Part shown: positions 52,939-62,842 of the stretch, piece after piece
How positions within the stretch are numbered: the stretch's first letter is position 1
Layout: every line of letters begins with the position of its first letter
Source: Candidatus Bathyarchaeota archaeon
GTDB lineage: Archaea; Thermoproteota; Bathyarchaeia; Bathyarchaeales; Bathycorpusculaceae
Assembly: GCA_963777155.1 (NCBI GenBank)
Contig: CAVZPM010000037.1
Coordinates: 35,336 to 99,335, forward strand
Direction of reading: 5' to 3'
Length of the DNA stretch: 64,000 bases
Program-made: the position numbers and the translations under genes
The notes under the pieces: generated by a model
The model's database searches: none
The model's input: only the letters and a program-made list of their open reading frames with translations
Told to the model about the DNA's origin: nothing

Positions 52939-53247
52939 TCAAGGTTTTAGGTCTCTGTCTTCGCTGTAGTCTCTATCCTCGTGAGCTTCCTCTTCAGCTT
53001 CATCTTCGTTTTCTTCTTCAACCTCGCTTGCTTCTTCGCCCTCAGCACTCGCTCTATCTTCAGCTTGACCTTTCGGCGGATAAGCCTTGTCCAACCAAAC
53101 CTCAAACTGCACCTTATATTCAGGGCTGGAAAAAGCCCATTCACACAACCCACTGATAACTTTGCCAACGTCAATGTCGTGTTCGTCAGCTAAACCCTTC
53201 AAAAATCCTGCCCAATTGGCAGGTAAGGACACAGAAAAACTATCCAT
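52939..53247 (-). CDS. Hypothetical protein, RHH-like N-terminus and very acidic tail
   Basis: FSVSLP...L-x-x-LA...V-x-x-VI; EEASEVEEENEDEAEEE. Confidence 0.55.
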   Translation of the reverse strand: MDSFSVSLPANWAGFLKGLADEHDIDVGKVISGLCEWAFSSPEYKVQFEVWLDKAYPPKGQAEDRASAEGEEASEVEEENEDEAEEEAHEDRDYSEDRDLKP

Positions 53248-53320
53248 AAGAATTCTCCATTATCATGTTAGTATTAACGTATATTTAAGTTTCAGAAGGT
53301 ACTTTAGAAGAGGTCAGCGG

Positions 53321-53473
53321 CTACCTTTGCTCTTTTAACAATTGCAATCTTTTGGCGACTTCTTTGGAAACTTTCTCTAAACCTACCGCTAAATCTTTAA
53401 CATCAACTTCATCTATGGGGTACCATTTTCCTTCCTTATCGATAAATACAATTTCGAGTTCTCTTTTAACCAT
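53321..53473 (-). CDS. Hypothetical 50-aa protein
   Basis: AAGGTGG SD before MVKRELEIVFIDKEGKWYPIDE... Confidence 0.55.
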   Translation of the reverse strand: MVKRELEIVFIDKEGKWYPIDEVDVKDLAVGLEKVSKEVAKRLQLLKEQR

Positions 53474-53708
53474 TAATTTCCACCTTAACCTCAAATGTTC
53501 ATTTGTTCGCAAATCGCTAAAACTTTCAGCCATTGCTGCCAACCTGAGAAGCGCAACTTTTGGGTAACTATTCTAAAAGGGGATTCCAGGCTAGATTGCC
53601 CATAAACGCATTTTTTTATTGTGTTGAGGCTAACCGGGTCCCTACGCCTATTGCCAGGGCATTCTTAATAATTTAGTTATTAGGGTTTGAGGAGGGGCGG
53701 CTTCATTC

Positions 53709-53852
53709 TTAATTGGTTTTGTCGATCCAAGTTTGGACTGCTTCTTGGACTGCTCGGGATAAGTCGCCTTTTTTGCCTCCGAATTTTTCTACTGTTTTCA
53801 GTCTTAGTCGTTTTTCTAATTCGTCTGATATGTCAACGTTGATGCGGCCCAA
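53709..53852 (-). CDS. Ribbon-helix-helix (CopG/MetJ-like) regulator, 47 aa, absent from ORF track
   Basis: MGRINVDISDELEKRLRLKTVEKFGGKKGDLSRAVQEAVQTWIDKTN; alternating beta strand then two helices. Confidence 0.8.
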   Translation of the reverse strand: MGRINVDISDELEKRLRLKTVEKFGGKKGDLSRAVQEAVQTWIDKTN

Positions 53853-54059
53853 TTTTAGTCACTTTCTCGCTTTTTGATTCCCATAATAAGCGCGTCAATA
53901 TTTTGCGTATTTTGTTTTGTTCAGTTCGCGCTGATTGCTTATTTACATTAACCTATATGTGCATACACACTTATAAGCGTATGTGTATATGTAATTAAGT
54001 CCATAAACACTTTTGCGCAGGTTTAGAAAAGGGTTTAGAAAAACCTTTACAACATATAC

Positions 54060-54119
54060 CGTCACAAAAGTATGGCAAAATGGCACTTATACACGTTCAA
54101 AAATATATGGATTAACATA
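54060..54119 (+). repeat. Copy of the galU upstream region (59162-59221)
   Basis: 52/60 identical by manual alignment. Confidence 0.8.
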
Positions 54120-54162
54120 AGGTAAAAAGTACTCAAAGAACAAACAGATTGTTATTCATTTG

Positions 54163-54207
54163 GCAATTTTGGACATAGAGGTGTCAGTGCCCTGAAAAAG
54201 GCATGAT
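54163..54207 (+). repeat. Copy of 32574-32618 (start of candidate ncRNA)
   Basis: 40/45 identical, including CAGTGCCCTGAAAAAGGCAT. Confidence 0.85.
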
Positions 54208-54250
54208 TGATTCTAGAGAAAGAAACAAGAAACAATAGTTTTAGTCTATA

Positions 54251-54355
54251 AGGGTTTGCTGAGACTCTGGAATCAAAATAGGAGAAAGAGGAAAAATTCA
54301 AAACCTCTTTGATCGCAGCTTCAATGCAAATATGTTCCAGAACCTACTCAGCCCC
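54251..54355 (+). repeat. Structured dispersed repeat, most complete copy
   Basis: Outer arms GCTGAGACTCTGGAA / TTCCAGAACCTACTCAGC; inner hairpin AAAGAGG/CCTCTTT; TTGA-TCGCAGCT-TCAA. Confidence 0.75.
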
Positions 54356-54417
54356 ATCTCTTATTTCGTTGCATTTAAAACTAAAAAAGGGGAGGGAATG
54401 TTGATGTGGTTTTTATT

Positions 54418-57229
54418 TTAGGCTTTTTTTCTTAGCAACAATAGTGCTAAGACTGCTCCGACTATAGCTATTGCAACTATGATGCCTGCGACTGCTGGGA
54501 TAAAGTATTGTTCTGAAACAGGTTGCTCAGCGATTGGTTGTGGAGTTACGGTTGGCGCGGCTTGGTCAACGTTGAATGCTGTTACTGCGTGTGAGGGCCA
54601 GTATGATTCACTGCCTGCAAATGTGGCTGTCACTGTGAATTTGCCTTCGATGTCTGGTTTCCAGTCGAAGCTGTAGAATCCGTCAGCGTTAGCTGTAGTT
54701 GTTCCAATGTCTCTTTGGTTGCCGTTAGCATCGATGACGCTTATTGTAACAGTTACGCCAGTTACGTTTGTTGGGCGTGGCTTTTCCATGTAAACGTATG
54801 CCATCCATGCGCTTTGACTCGCGTCAGAGACTGCTGGAACTCCATTGGGGAAGCGCATACCATTAACTGATTGTGTTGTGCCTGGTGAAACGTCTGTTAC
54901 GGTGCCGGTGATCATTACCGAGTTTTCTGATGTGACTACGTCGTCTGCGATTGAAACGGTTGTGCTGCTTGGTCCTTTGCCGACTGCGTAGATTTGGTGG
55001 TCATAGTTGTTCCAGTAGGTAAGTACGCCATCTCCAAGTGCGAATGTTACTGGGTTAGCCCAACCATCCATAGTCCAGACGATTTCGCCGGTGGTGAGGT
55101 TGAAAACTCTAACTTGGGCGCCTTTTAGTAGCGGGGCGTCTGCTGAGTGCTCGTGGGTTCCGATGAAGACTTTGCCGTCAGCGGTTAATCCGTGGAATAC
55201 TGTGTAGTACTTGAAGATCTCGCCGCCTGTTAGGGCTGCTTGCTTCCACAGTAGTTCTCCGGTTGTTAGGTTATAGCAGAAAACATGTCCGGTGTAGCCA
55301 GCAGTGATCAGTGTACCGTCATAGATTGATGATCCGTAGACGTTCATGAGGCTGACCCAGGAATAGTAGCCAAATGGATTAGTGTCTGCCTGTGGTTCAG
55401 TGGTCCAAAGTTGATTTCCAGTGTGAACGTCAAAGCCTATCCAGGTAAGTGATGGCATTTCCTGCATTACGAAAACGCCCTCGCCAGCGCGGATATAGAG
55501 TCTTTGGATGATTTGTTGTGCACTGTTAACGAATGTCATATCAATGTTCTTCATCCATAGCAATTGTCCTTCTTGACCTGGTTTTAAGCTGATGGCAAAT
55601 AGGGTTGATACGTCTTGGTTGTGATAGTACAATGAACTTGTGCCTGCTCGTGGTAGTGTGCCGTTGCTTCCTAGTAGATAATCGCCGCGTACTACTTGTA
55701 GTATAGTTGGGTTCCATGTTGATGGTAGAGTTGTTGATACTGAAACGTTAAAGTCCCAAGTTGGTAAGAAAGGTTCGTTGGGCGCTGTAGATGGTACTTG
55801 GATGCGACTTGCAAGGCTTGCGTTAAATGTTCCACTGGTCTGATATTCGAATACTCTAGATGAGTTCCATTCAAATAATCGCCAGTTAGGACTTGTTGGG
55901 GTGCCTTCATTCTGTATTATATAGCGTAATTGTTCGCCTTTTGGACCAGCCACTATAGTGCCTGTAGGTATCGATGTGATGTTTAGTGTTGTCGGTGTTG
56001 TTCCATAGCGTGGATGAATAAAAGTCCAAGTTGTGTAGGAATTTGCACCGGTACCTGTAGTATACTGTGATATTAGGTAGCCTGGGTTAATGACTCCGTG
56101 TTGGTTCATGTCATCGTAGGCGCGGTAGAAGCCAAAGTTTGGGTGTAGCGGTCACGGTTTGACTGCGCCAGTATTCATTGCTCATGGTTTGGTTGCGCCA
56201 GACTTCTTGACCGGTCTTTAAGTCAACACAAACCCAAGCGCCTCCACCACCAGCCCAAGTTATTGGTTCTTGGTAGTAGAGTCGTCCGTACATGATGATC
56301 GAAGTGTCCTGCATTCTTGTTTGGTATTGGTGTCCTGCGTTGAAGACTTGTCCTTCTCTATCTCCCGAAAAGGCGTCTGGTTCTCCGCCGACAACTCCGC
56401 CGTCTTCAGTGGGTTTAGTCCATAAAATGTGTCCGCTGTTTGGTGCAGTTCCTTGAGTTTGAACTCGGTTGTTTGGGCTTCCAAAGTCACGGTCAGCGGC
56501 ACTGTTGAGCCAGTGTGAGGAGATTGCTCCCCAAGTATTGTCCTGTCCTTCGATTGGTCTAGCCCAGTATTCTGTTGGAAGTGGATAGTATGTTATAGCA
56601 TTTGAGGAAATAGGGTCTTGCTGTACTGTCACTGTGTAGGTTCGGTTGCTTGATAGATAAGTGGTTCCATAATAGTCTGATAATGAAGCTTGGTTATAGA
56701 CAGCCGGAAGTGTATTCCAGCGCCAGTAAAGCTGCTCGAATACAATCATCACAGAGTAATTGCCGAGTTGGGTTGGTGCATATTTTGTATATGTTGTTCC
56801 TGTAGAGTCAGAAGTTAACGATCCTGAGGAAGGAAGTGTTTCTGTAGTTCCATCTGGTTTGGTGATTACTACGTGGTATTTGTATCGGACATCGTTGGTA
56901 TCTTGTGCTTGGTATGGAACTTGCGGGTTGAATATGACCATAGAGAATTCTTGGCCAATACCGACGGGGTTTGGCGAAATTGTGCTGAATACCCATGTTG
57001 GGATTGCGTCATGATAGCGGTTCCATAGTGTGAGTCTTATGGTTGAAGCATTTGCGTTGAGGTCCCAGTGCATGCCTGCGTTGATTGCGTCTGCAGTTGC
57101 CTGATTGTAATTAACTCCATTTATTACAACTGCCTTTGCGGTTGGTTGAGGTACTAATGTGATCGCTATAGATGTTACTAATAATATAGCGATAATTGTG
57201 GCTATAGCCTGATTTCTATTCTTATGCAT
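54418..57229 (-). CDS. Secreted PQQ-type beta-propeller surface protein (paralog 4), frameshift near 56110-56190
   Basis: ORFs 56111..57229 and 54418..56109; same architecture as paralogs 1-3. Confidence 0.85.
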
Positions 57230-57376
57230 TTTTCTTTACTCCTTAGTTTATAGAGTACCCTTTCTGTTAGAAAAGATACTCGTCGCCCAATGTATTCGCA
57301 AGTTTGCTTTATAAGATTAATGTACTTATAGTGTAACTCAACGTTTCTTAATAAAAAATCTAATCTATTTCTAAAA

Positions 57377-57655
57377 TTAGATGTTGAGACCCAATCGTCG
57401 GAGCAGCTCGTTTGTCTGACGCATCTGACGTAGACATTTGAGACCACTCGGGGTTATTAAAAGGCCATCGTCCGTTCGGCGAACCATATTTACGTCAACA
57501 AAATGCGCTAGGATTTTCTGGAATCTATCATATGGGAGGTTGGCTCGACGAGCAACACGTGTAGGACTTGCCTGTCCAAGCTTGGCACCCTCTTGACACA
57601 AGAGGTCAAGCACATCATAGTAAATATCAACTCTACTTCGTTTGTTCGGGGGCAT
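57377..57655 (-). CDS. Winged helix-turn-helix regulator (archaeal RS-x-x-DI family)
   Basis: KRSRVDIYYDVL...PTRVARRANL-x-Y...ITPSG. Confidence 0.8.
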   Translation of the reverse strand: MPPNKRSRVDIYYDVLDLLCQEGAKLGQASPTRVARRANLPYDRFQKILAHFVDVNMVRRTDDGLLITPSGLKCLRQMRQTNELLRRLGLNI

Positions 57656-58322
57656 TGTTTGCCGTCTCCTTGCTCGCTTGGTAAAATATTTGAATGAAAA
57701 GCACCAAACCGACAACTCTTGCAATCTGGGATCCAACCAAAGCAATATTACCTCCTCCGGCAAAGGCAAAAACCAAAAAGCTGAATTGCCCCAGCCACAG
57801 AGCAAGAAATGCAAAGGGTGCAAAAATCAAATCAGCAGCTTTGAGCTTTATCAACTGTAGTTTCCTAGCAAGAAAGAGAAGGATATAGGATAACAAGCCA
57901 AGATTAATCGTGGCAAATATTTCGTTACGAGAGTAAACTGATTCCAAACCTGACGGATTTGTAAGGAACAAAATCATGAAAGCCCCAAAAATTAAGGTAG
58001 TTGTTCCTGCCAGAATAATCAAGTAACTGCGTTTAGGTGTATTCTGATACTTTCCAGCGGAGAGATACGAAAAAGCGATCAAGACAAATCCGATAGTCTG
58101 TGTAACTACGCGGAGCCACATAACCGTACTAGAAAAAGGACTTACATTTTGGAATATTAGATCTATCAAATGTACATCAAGGAAAAATGAAGAAAGCAAC
58201 AAGAAAAAGAAGCCAAAAGGCATACCGAGCAAAAAGATTGAGCGACGTGTACTATACACTTTAAAAAATAGACAAACAAGAGCGAATAATAGTCCAATAC
58301 TAACAGATTCAAGCGTAATCAT
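57633..58322 (-). CDS. 7-TM membrane protein, putative sensor; overlaps the wHTH start
   Basis: About 7 hydrophobic segments in 229 aa, no catalytic domain. Confidence 0.7.
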   Translation of the reverse strand: MITLESVSIGLLFALVCLFFKVYSTRRSIFLLGMPFGFFFLLLSSFFLDVHLIDLIFQNVSPFSSTVMWLRVVTQTIGFVLIAFSYLSAGKYQNTPKRSYLIILAGTTTLIFGAFMILFLTNPSGLESVYSRNEIFATINLGLLSYILLFLARKLQLIKLKAADLIFAPFAFLALWLGQFSFLVFAFAGGGNIALVGSQIARVVGLVLFIQIFYQASKETANNAPEQTK

Positions 58323-58721
58323 GAGCCCTTGTAGTAGCGTAAGGTCAACTGACGTTTTGACTCACCTGGCACATAATTCTATTCTTAAGACTATTTAATG
58401 GTAACCTCATCCCAAGATTACTAGACCCGTATAGTACTAACATGTCTACCTGGAACCAGATAATTAAACCGATAACCTAACGAATATCACGTTACATCTT
58501 CTTTTAAATAATAAAAAGAGCGGGGTTCACCTTTGTGGAGATAATACCCGAGTTCTCCTCAGGCAACCGAGTTTATTTTCTTAATCGGACTTTAATCCAC
58601 TCGTACAAAATTACCGTAGATTACTATTGTAAAGATTTGATTCTAAATTTTTGATATATTAGAGAAGCGAAATACGCTTTAAATTGTGGGGATACAAAAA
58701 TATTGCTGGAGAAAGGCGAAA

Positions 58722-58886
58722 ATGAAGGGAGAATCATCAATTTTCCCAAATCAGGTTACCTGTAACCATGCCAACAGTACATACAAGCAAAGAAACTTTG
58801 ATATGTTGAAGGGGTTTGAGCTTAATGAAACCAGATGCTTCAAGTGCCACAAAACAGTTGCCCTAGATATCAAAAAGTTAGGATAA
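58722..58886 (+). CDS. Small Cys/His (Zn-finger-like) protein
   Basis: MKGESS...TCNH...TRCFKCHKT. Confidence 0.5.
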   Translation: MKGESSIFPNQVTCNHANSTYKQRNFDMLKGFELNETRCFKCHKTVALDIKKLG

Positions 58887-59246
58887 CATCCTGAAAAACA
58901 TCAAACCATAAACAAAGAAGCTTTTTTAGTTCTCAGATGAACTCTGCCCTGAACTTATTGATTTTAACCAGGTTATTCTACACGGTAACCATTGTCTGCT
59001 ATTTAGATTCTTGCAATAAAGAGACTTCGCCATTATTGCCAACGAGTAAGCCAGAACATCGTCCAGGTTTAGTTCCAAGCCTTTAGGAGTTATCAATGAA
59101 TCTGATTTGAATTGGCTACGCAAGAAAATTGAAAGGCCCTCTCCCTCGCTGCAACATTTTTCGTCACATAAGTATGGTAAAGGGGCACTTACACACGTTT
59201 AAATATCTATGGATTAACATAGAACAAAGAGGTAGAGTGGACGTCA

Positions 59247-60118
59247 GTGATTCGAAAGGTCATAATTCCAGCTGCAGGTTTGGGAACACGCTTATTTCCA
59301 GCTACTAAAGAGCAACCAAAGGAAATGCTCCCCATCTTTTCCAGAACATCCCAGGGAGACATGATGGTTAAACCTGTAGTCCAGCTGGTCTTTGAACAAC
59401 TCCATGAAGCAGGACTCCGAGAGTTCTGCTACATTGTAGGCAGAGGCAAACGAGGCATCGAAGACCACTTCACCCCCGACGCAAACTGCGTCAAGAACAC
59501 TAGAAAGCATGGGAAAAGACGGACAAGCCTCCGACCTCGAAGGCTTTTATGAAAAACTTGAATCCTCAACAATTATGTGGGTCAACCAGCCAGAACCAAA
59601 AGGCTTCGGCAACGCCGTCATGATGGCTCAACCCTTCGTCCAAAACGAAAGCTGCATAGTCCATGCAGGAGACAGCGCTATAATATCCAAAAACATGGAC
59701 TACATAAAAAAACTCGTTGCAGCATTCGAGAAATTCAACGCAGACGCCACATTTCTTGGTGCTCGAGATAGAAAATCCCAAACAGTACGGAATCGTAGAA
59801 GGCGACGAAGTCGAACCTGGAATTATTAGAGTCAAGAAAGTTGTGGAGAAACCAGAAAAACCCGCAACGAACCTGGCGATTATGGCTATGTATGTTTTTC
59901 ACCCAATCATCTTCAAGGCGCTGGAAGCAACCAAACCGGGAAACAACGGAGAAATTCAGCTTACCGACGCTATCCAAAAACTCATCGACTGGAAACTAAA
60001 GGTCTACGCGGTCAAGTTGGATAAGGGATATTCACACCTGGACATCGGCAGCCCCGAAAGATACTGGGAAGCCTTGGAGCTTTCCTACAAGCAATTCTGC
60101 AAGAGGACCCCGACGTGA
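59247..60118 (+). CDS. galU: UTP-glucose-1-phosphate uridylyltransferase, two frameshifts
   Basis: IPAAGLGTRLFPATKEQPKEMLP, QPEPKGFG, YGIV, VEKP, GEIQLTDAI, DIG. Confidence 0.9.
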
Positions 60119-61125
60119 TGGATGACTTAATCAGCCAAGACATCGATACAATAAAAAATGCTGTTAAAGGCGAATGTTTCAGGGGAAAAAAGGTTCTTGT
60201 GACTGGCGGAGCAGGCTTCATTGGCAGTTGGCTCTGCGATGTCCTAGTTGATTTCAGTGCTGATGTAACCGCGTTAGATGACTTATCAACGGGCAAAGTG
60301 GAGAACATTGATCATCTAAGCAAGAAAAAGAATTTTGACTTTGTTAAATCAGACGTCTGCAAATTCCAAAGCACCGAAAAATTTGATTTTATCCTCCACA
60401 TGGCGGGACACGCATCCCCCAACGAGTACCAAGCCCACCCAATCGAAACACTCCAAACCAGCGCCTTAGGAACATTCGCCATGGCTGAGTTAGCAAGAAA
60501 AAATAGCGCTACCCTACTTTTTGCTTCAACCTCAGAAACCTACGGCGACACAGAAATAATCCCAACACCCGAGACTTACTGGGGAAAAGTCAACCCAATC
60601 GGACCACGCTCATGCTATGATGAGGGAAAACGCTTCGCCGAAGCCCTGCTGATGGCATACAACAAAGAATACGGGTTAGATGTGAGGGTACCAAGAATCT
60701 TTAACACCTATGGTCCGCGCCTAAGAGAGGACGGGTTATACGGTAGAGCTATGTCCCGCTTTATTCAACAAGCAATTACTAACCAGCCAATAACAGTCTA
60801 TGGCAACGGAAAACAGACACGTTCTTTCTGCTACATCACCGACACAGTAACCGGACTAATGCTACTCACCACCAACTCCAAAGCCAAGGGTGAAGTTGTA
60901 AACGTAGGAAACACCCAAGAAAAAACCATCCTTGAACTAGCAACAAAAATCAAAGAAATAACAAAATCCAAATCTGAAATAACCTTCCACCCACTGCCAA
61001 AAGATGACCCAAAAAGACGCTGCCCAGACACAACCAAACTGGAGAAACTTGTCGGTTGGAAACCCAATGTAAACCTTGAAGAAGGCCTTAAAAAAACAAT
61101 AATGTGGTTTTCACAAAAGCCATGA
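60115..61125 (+). CDS. UDP-glucuronate decarboxylase-like NAD-dependent epimerase/dehydratase
   Basis: VTGGAGFIGS, ASTSETYGD, GPRSCYDEGKR, RIFNTYGPR, QTRSFCY, DDPKRRCPD. Confidence 0.9.
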   Translation: MMDDLISQDIDTIKNAVKGECFRGKKVLVTGGAGFIGSWLCDVLVDFSADVTALDDLSTGKVENIDHLSKKKNFDFVKSDVCKFQSTEKFDFILHMAGHASPNEYQAHPIETLQTSALGTFAMAELARKNSATLLFASTSETYGDTEIIPTPETYWGKVNPIGPRSCYDEGKRFAEALLMAYNKEYGLDVRVPRIFNTYGPRLREDGLYGRAMSRFIQQAITNQPITVYGNGKQTRSFCYITDTVTGLMLLTTNSKAKGEVVNVGNTQEKTILELATKIKEITKSKSEITFHPLPKDDPKRRCPDTTKLEKLVGWKPNVNLEEGLKKTIMWFSQKP

Positions 61126-61256
61126 ATACCGATTCTATTTCCACAAGTTCTTGTTTCGAGTTTTCTTTCATGCTATTTCTTAAAGAAACTTTTTACCATC
61201 ACCCAAAGGCTTTATAAAATATGTAAGAACGATTACACTAAACATTCGAGAGTCTG

Positions 61257-62046
61257 ATGATGCGATTGGGGCAAATTCGGAGACACAATAACCCCGAAGG
61301 ATCAAATAGAAAAGAGTATTTGCTTTCCATGGGAAACAGCGAAATAACCCCTTGGGAATTATTGATTGCCGATAACATTCGTTCTTTGTTAAAAACTGCA
61401 AACAGATCTGACGTACGTTTACTTGATATCGGTTGTGGAGCGGGAAAATGGGATATTTTCGCGTCTGAAGTTATGTCCAATGAAAATAAGTCTAATTCCA
61501 TGATTGTGGGTTTTGATATCTCAAGAATGCCCATATTTCAAGCAAAAGTTAGACAGGGGAAAATTCCAAGAGGATATATTGTCGCTGATGCCTCAAGTAT
61601 TCCGTTAACGAATAACAATTTTAATTTAGTTATTGTGATTGCCGTTCTGCATCATTTGTCTAATCAAGAAGCCTTCCAAAGGCTGATTAAGGAAGTAAAA
61701 CGTGTAGCTAACGATAACGCATTTTTATTATTTGTAGAAAACACCATAGATAATCCATTGAAGAATTATTTGGTGAAAAGTTGGAGAAAAATTGGTTCTT
61801 CTGATTTGCATTTACATGGTTTTACATCAAACGAGCTTATCGAACTGTCTGAAAACAAATGGCTTTAAAATTGTGGACCGCAAATACGAAAACCTTTTTG
61901 TTGTATATACTTGCACGGCATTGGGAGTTTACGGCATAAAATTGCCTAGAATAATTATTTCTCACCTAAACAGACTTGAAAGAAGATTAATTCAAAGTGG
62001 CTTTTGGAAGTACTGTGCAACAATTCATTTAATCGTGAAATCATAA
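61257..62046 (+). CDS. Class I SAM-dependent methyltransferase, frameshifted
   Basis: LLDIGCGAG, GFDIS, ADAS-x-IP, VLHHL, EVKRV. Confidence 0.8.
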
Positions 62047-62089
62047 ACATCCTCGAGGATATCTTTAGAATAGCTGCTGTAGGATTATT

Positions 62090-62812
62090 TTATTTTTTGA
62101 CTGCGATTACAATAAGACTATTGGGAAGTATTAAGCTGCCAACTATTTCAACTAAACGACCAATCCACGAATAGAAGAAGACTCTTGATATTCTCCAGGC
62201 TGCAGACAACCCAGAATCTTCAACAATAGGACGACCCGTTTGATGCTCAAATTGTGAGCCAGTGAGCACTTGAAGCAGATGATAGATCGCTCTAAAGAAC
62301 TCAGCATGATAAATATCCATAACACGAAAACCACCAGATTCAACAACGTCAAAAAATTCCGTGGCTTTGAAAGTCCTAAGATGATCCTTATGCTCAATAT
62401 ATTTACTATCGAGTCGTGAATACAGAGTTTCAGACACTCTTGAAGGTACGAGAAGAAAAATCATTCCCTTTTTTGTAAGAGTCCGATTAAATCCCTTCAA
62501 TGTATATGGAACGTCCGGAACATGCTCCAAAACATCTGCACAAACAATCTTATCAATTGAAGAATCTTTTAAAGGAAGGTTCTGTACATCAGCGTGTATT
62601 AAATCAATGTTGCCAATCTTTTTTAAAGATTTTATGAGCTTTTAGGCAATTTACGGAAAGTCGATGGAGATTACGTGACTTTTAAAATCATTGCTTATCC
62701 TAAGAGATCGTCCTCCATACCCGCAGCCGGCATAAGGATAGTCTCGTTAGGTGCAATTGGGTATTTTTCTGCAATAGGCTCCAAATTCCTTGACGATGTA
62801 AATTGTTACAAT
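62090..62812 (-). CDS. Class I SAM-dependent methyltransferase, frameshifted; start approximate
   Basis: (D)AGCGYGG near 62720, ADVQNLP, DVLEHVPD, HLR-x-F. Confidence 0.7.
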
Positions 62813-62842
62813 TTCAAGTCATCCCTATTCCGTTTGGCTTAT

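Noticed and set aside
58520-58575. GC-richer intergenic patch as a possible riboswitch
   Set aside because: Only short, ambiguous pairings and no recognisable consensus.
58836-58850. CxxCH motif as a c-type cytochrome
   Set aside because: No signal peptide, and an upstream CxH suggests a Zn finger instead.
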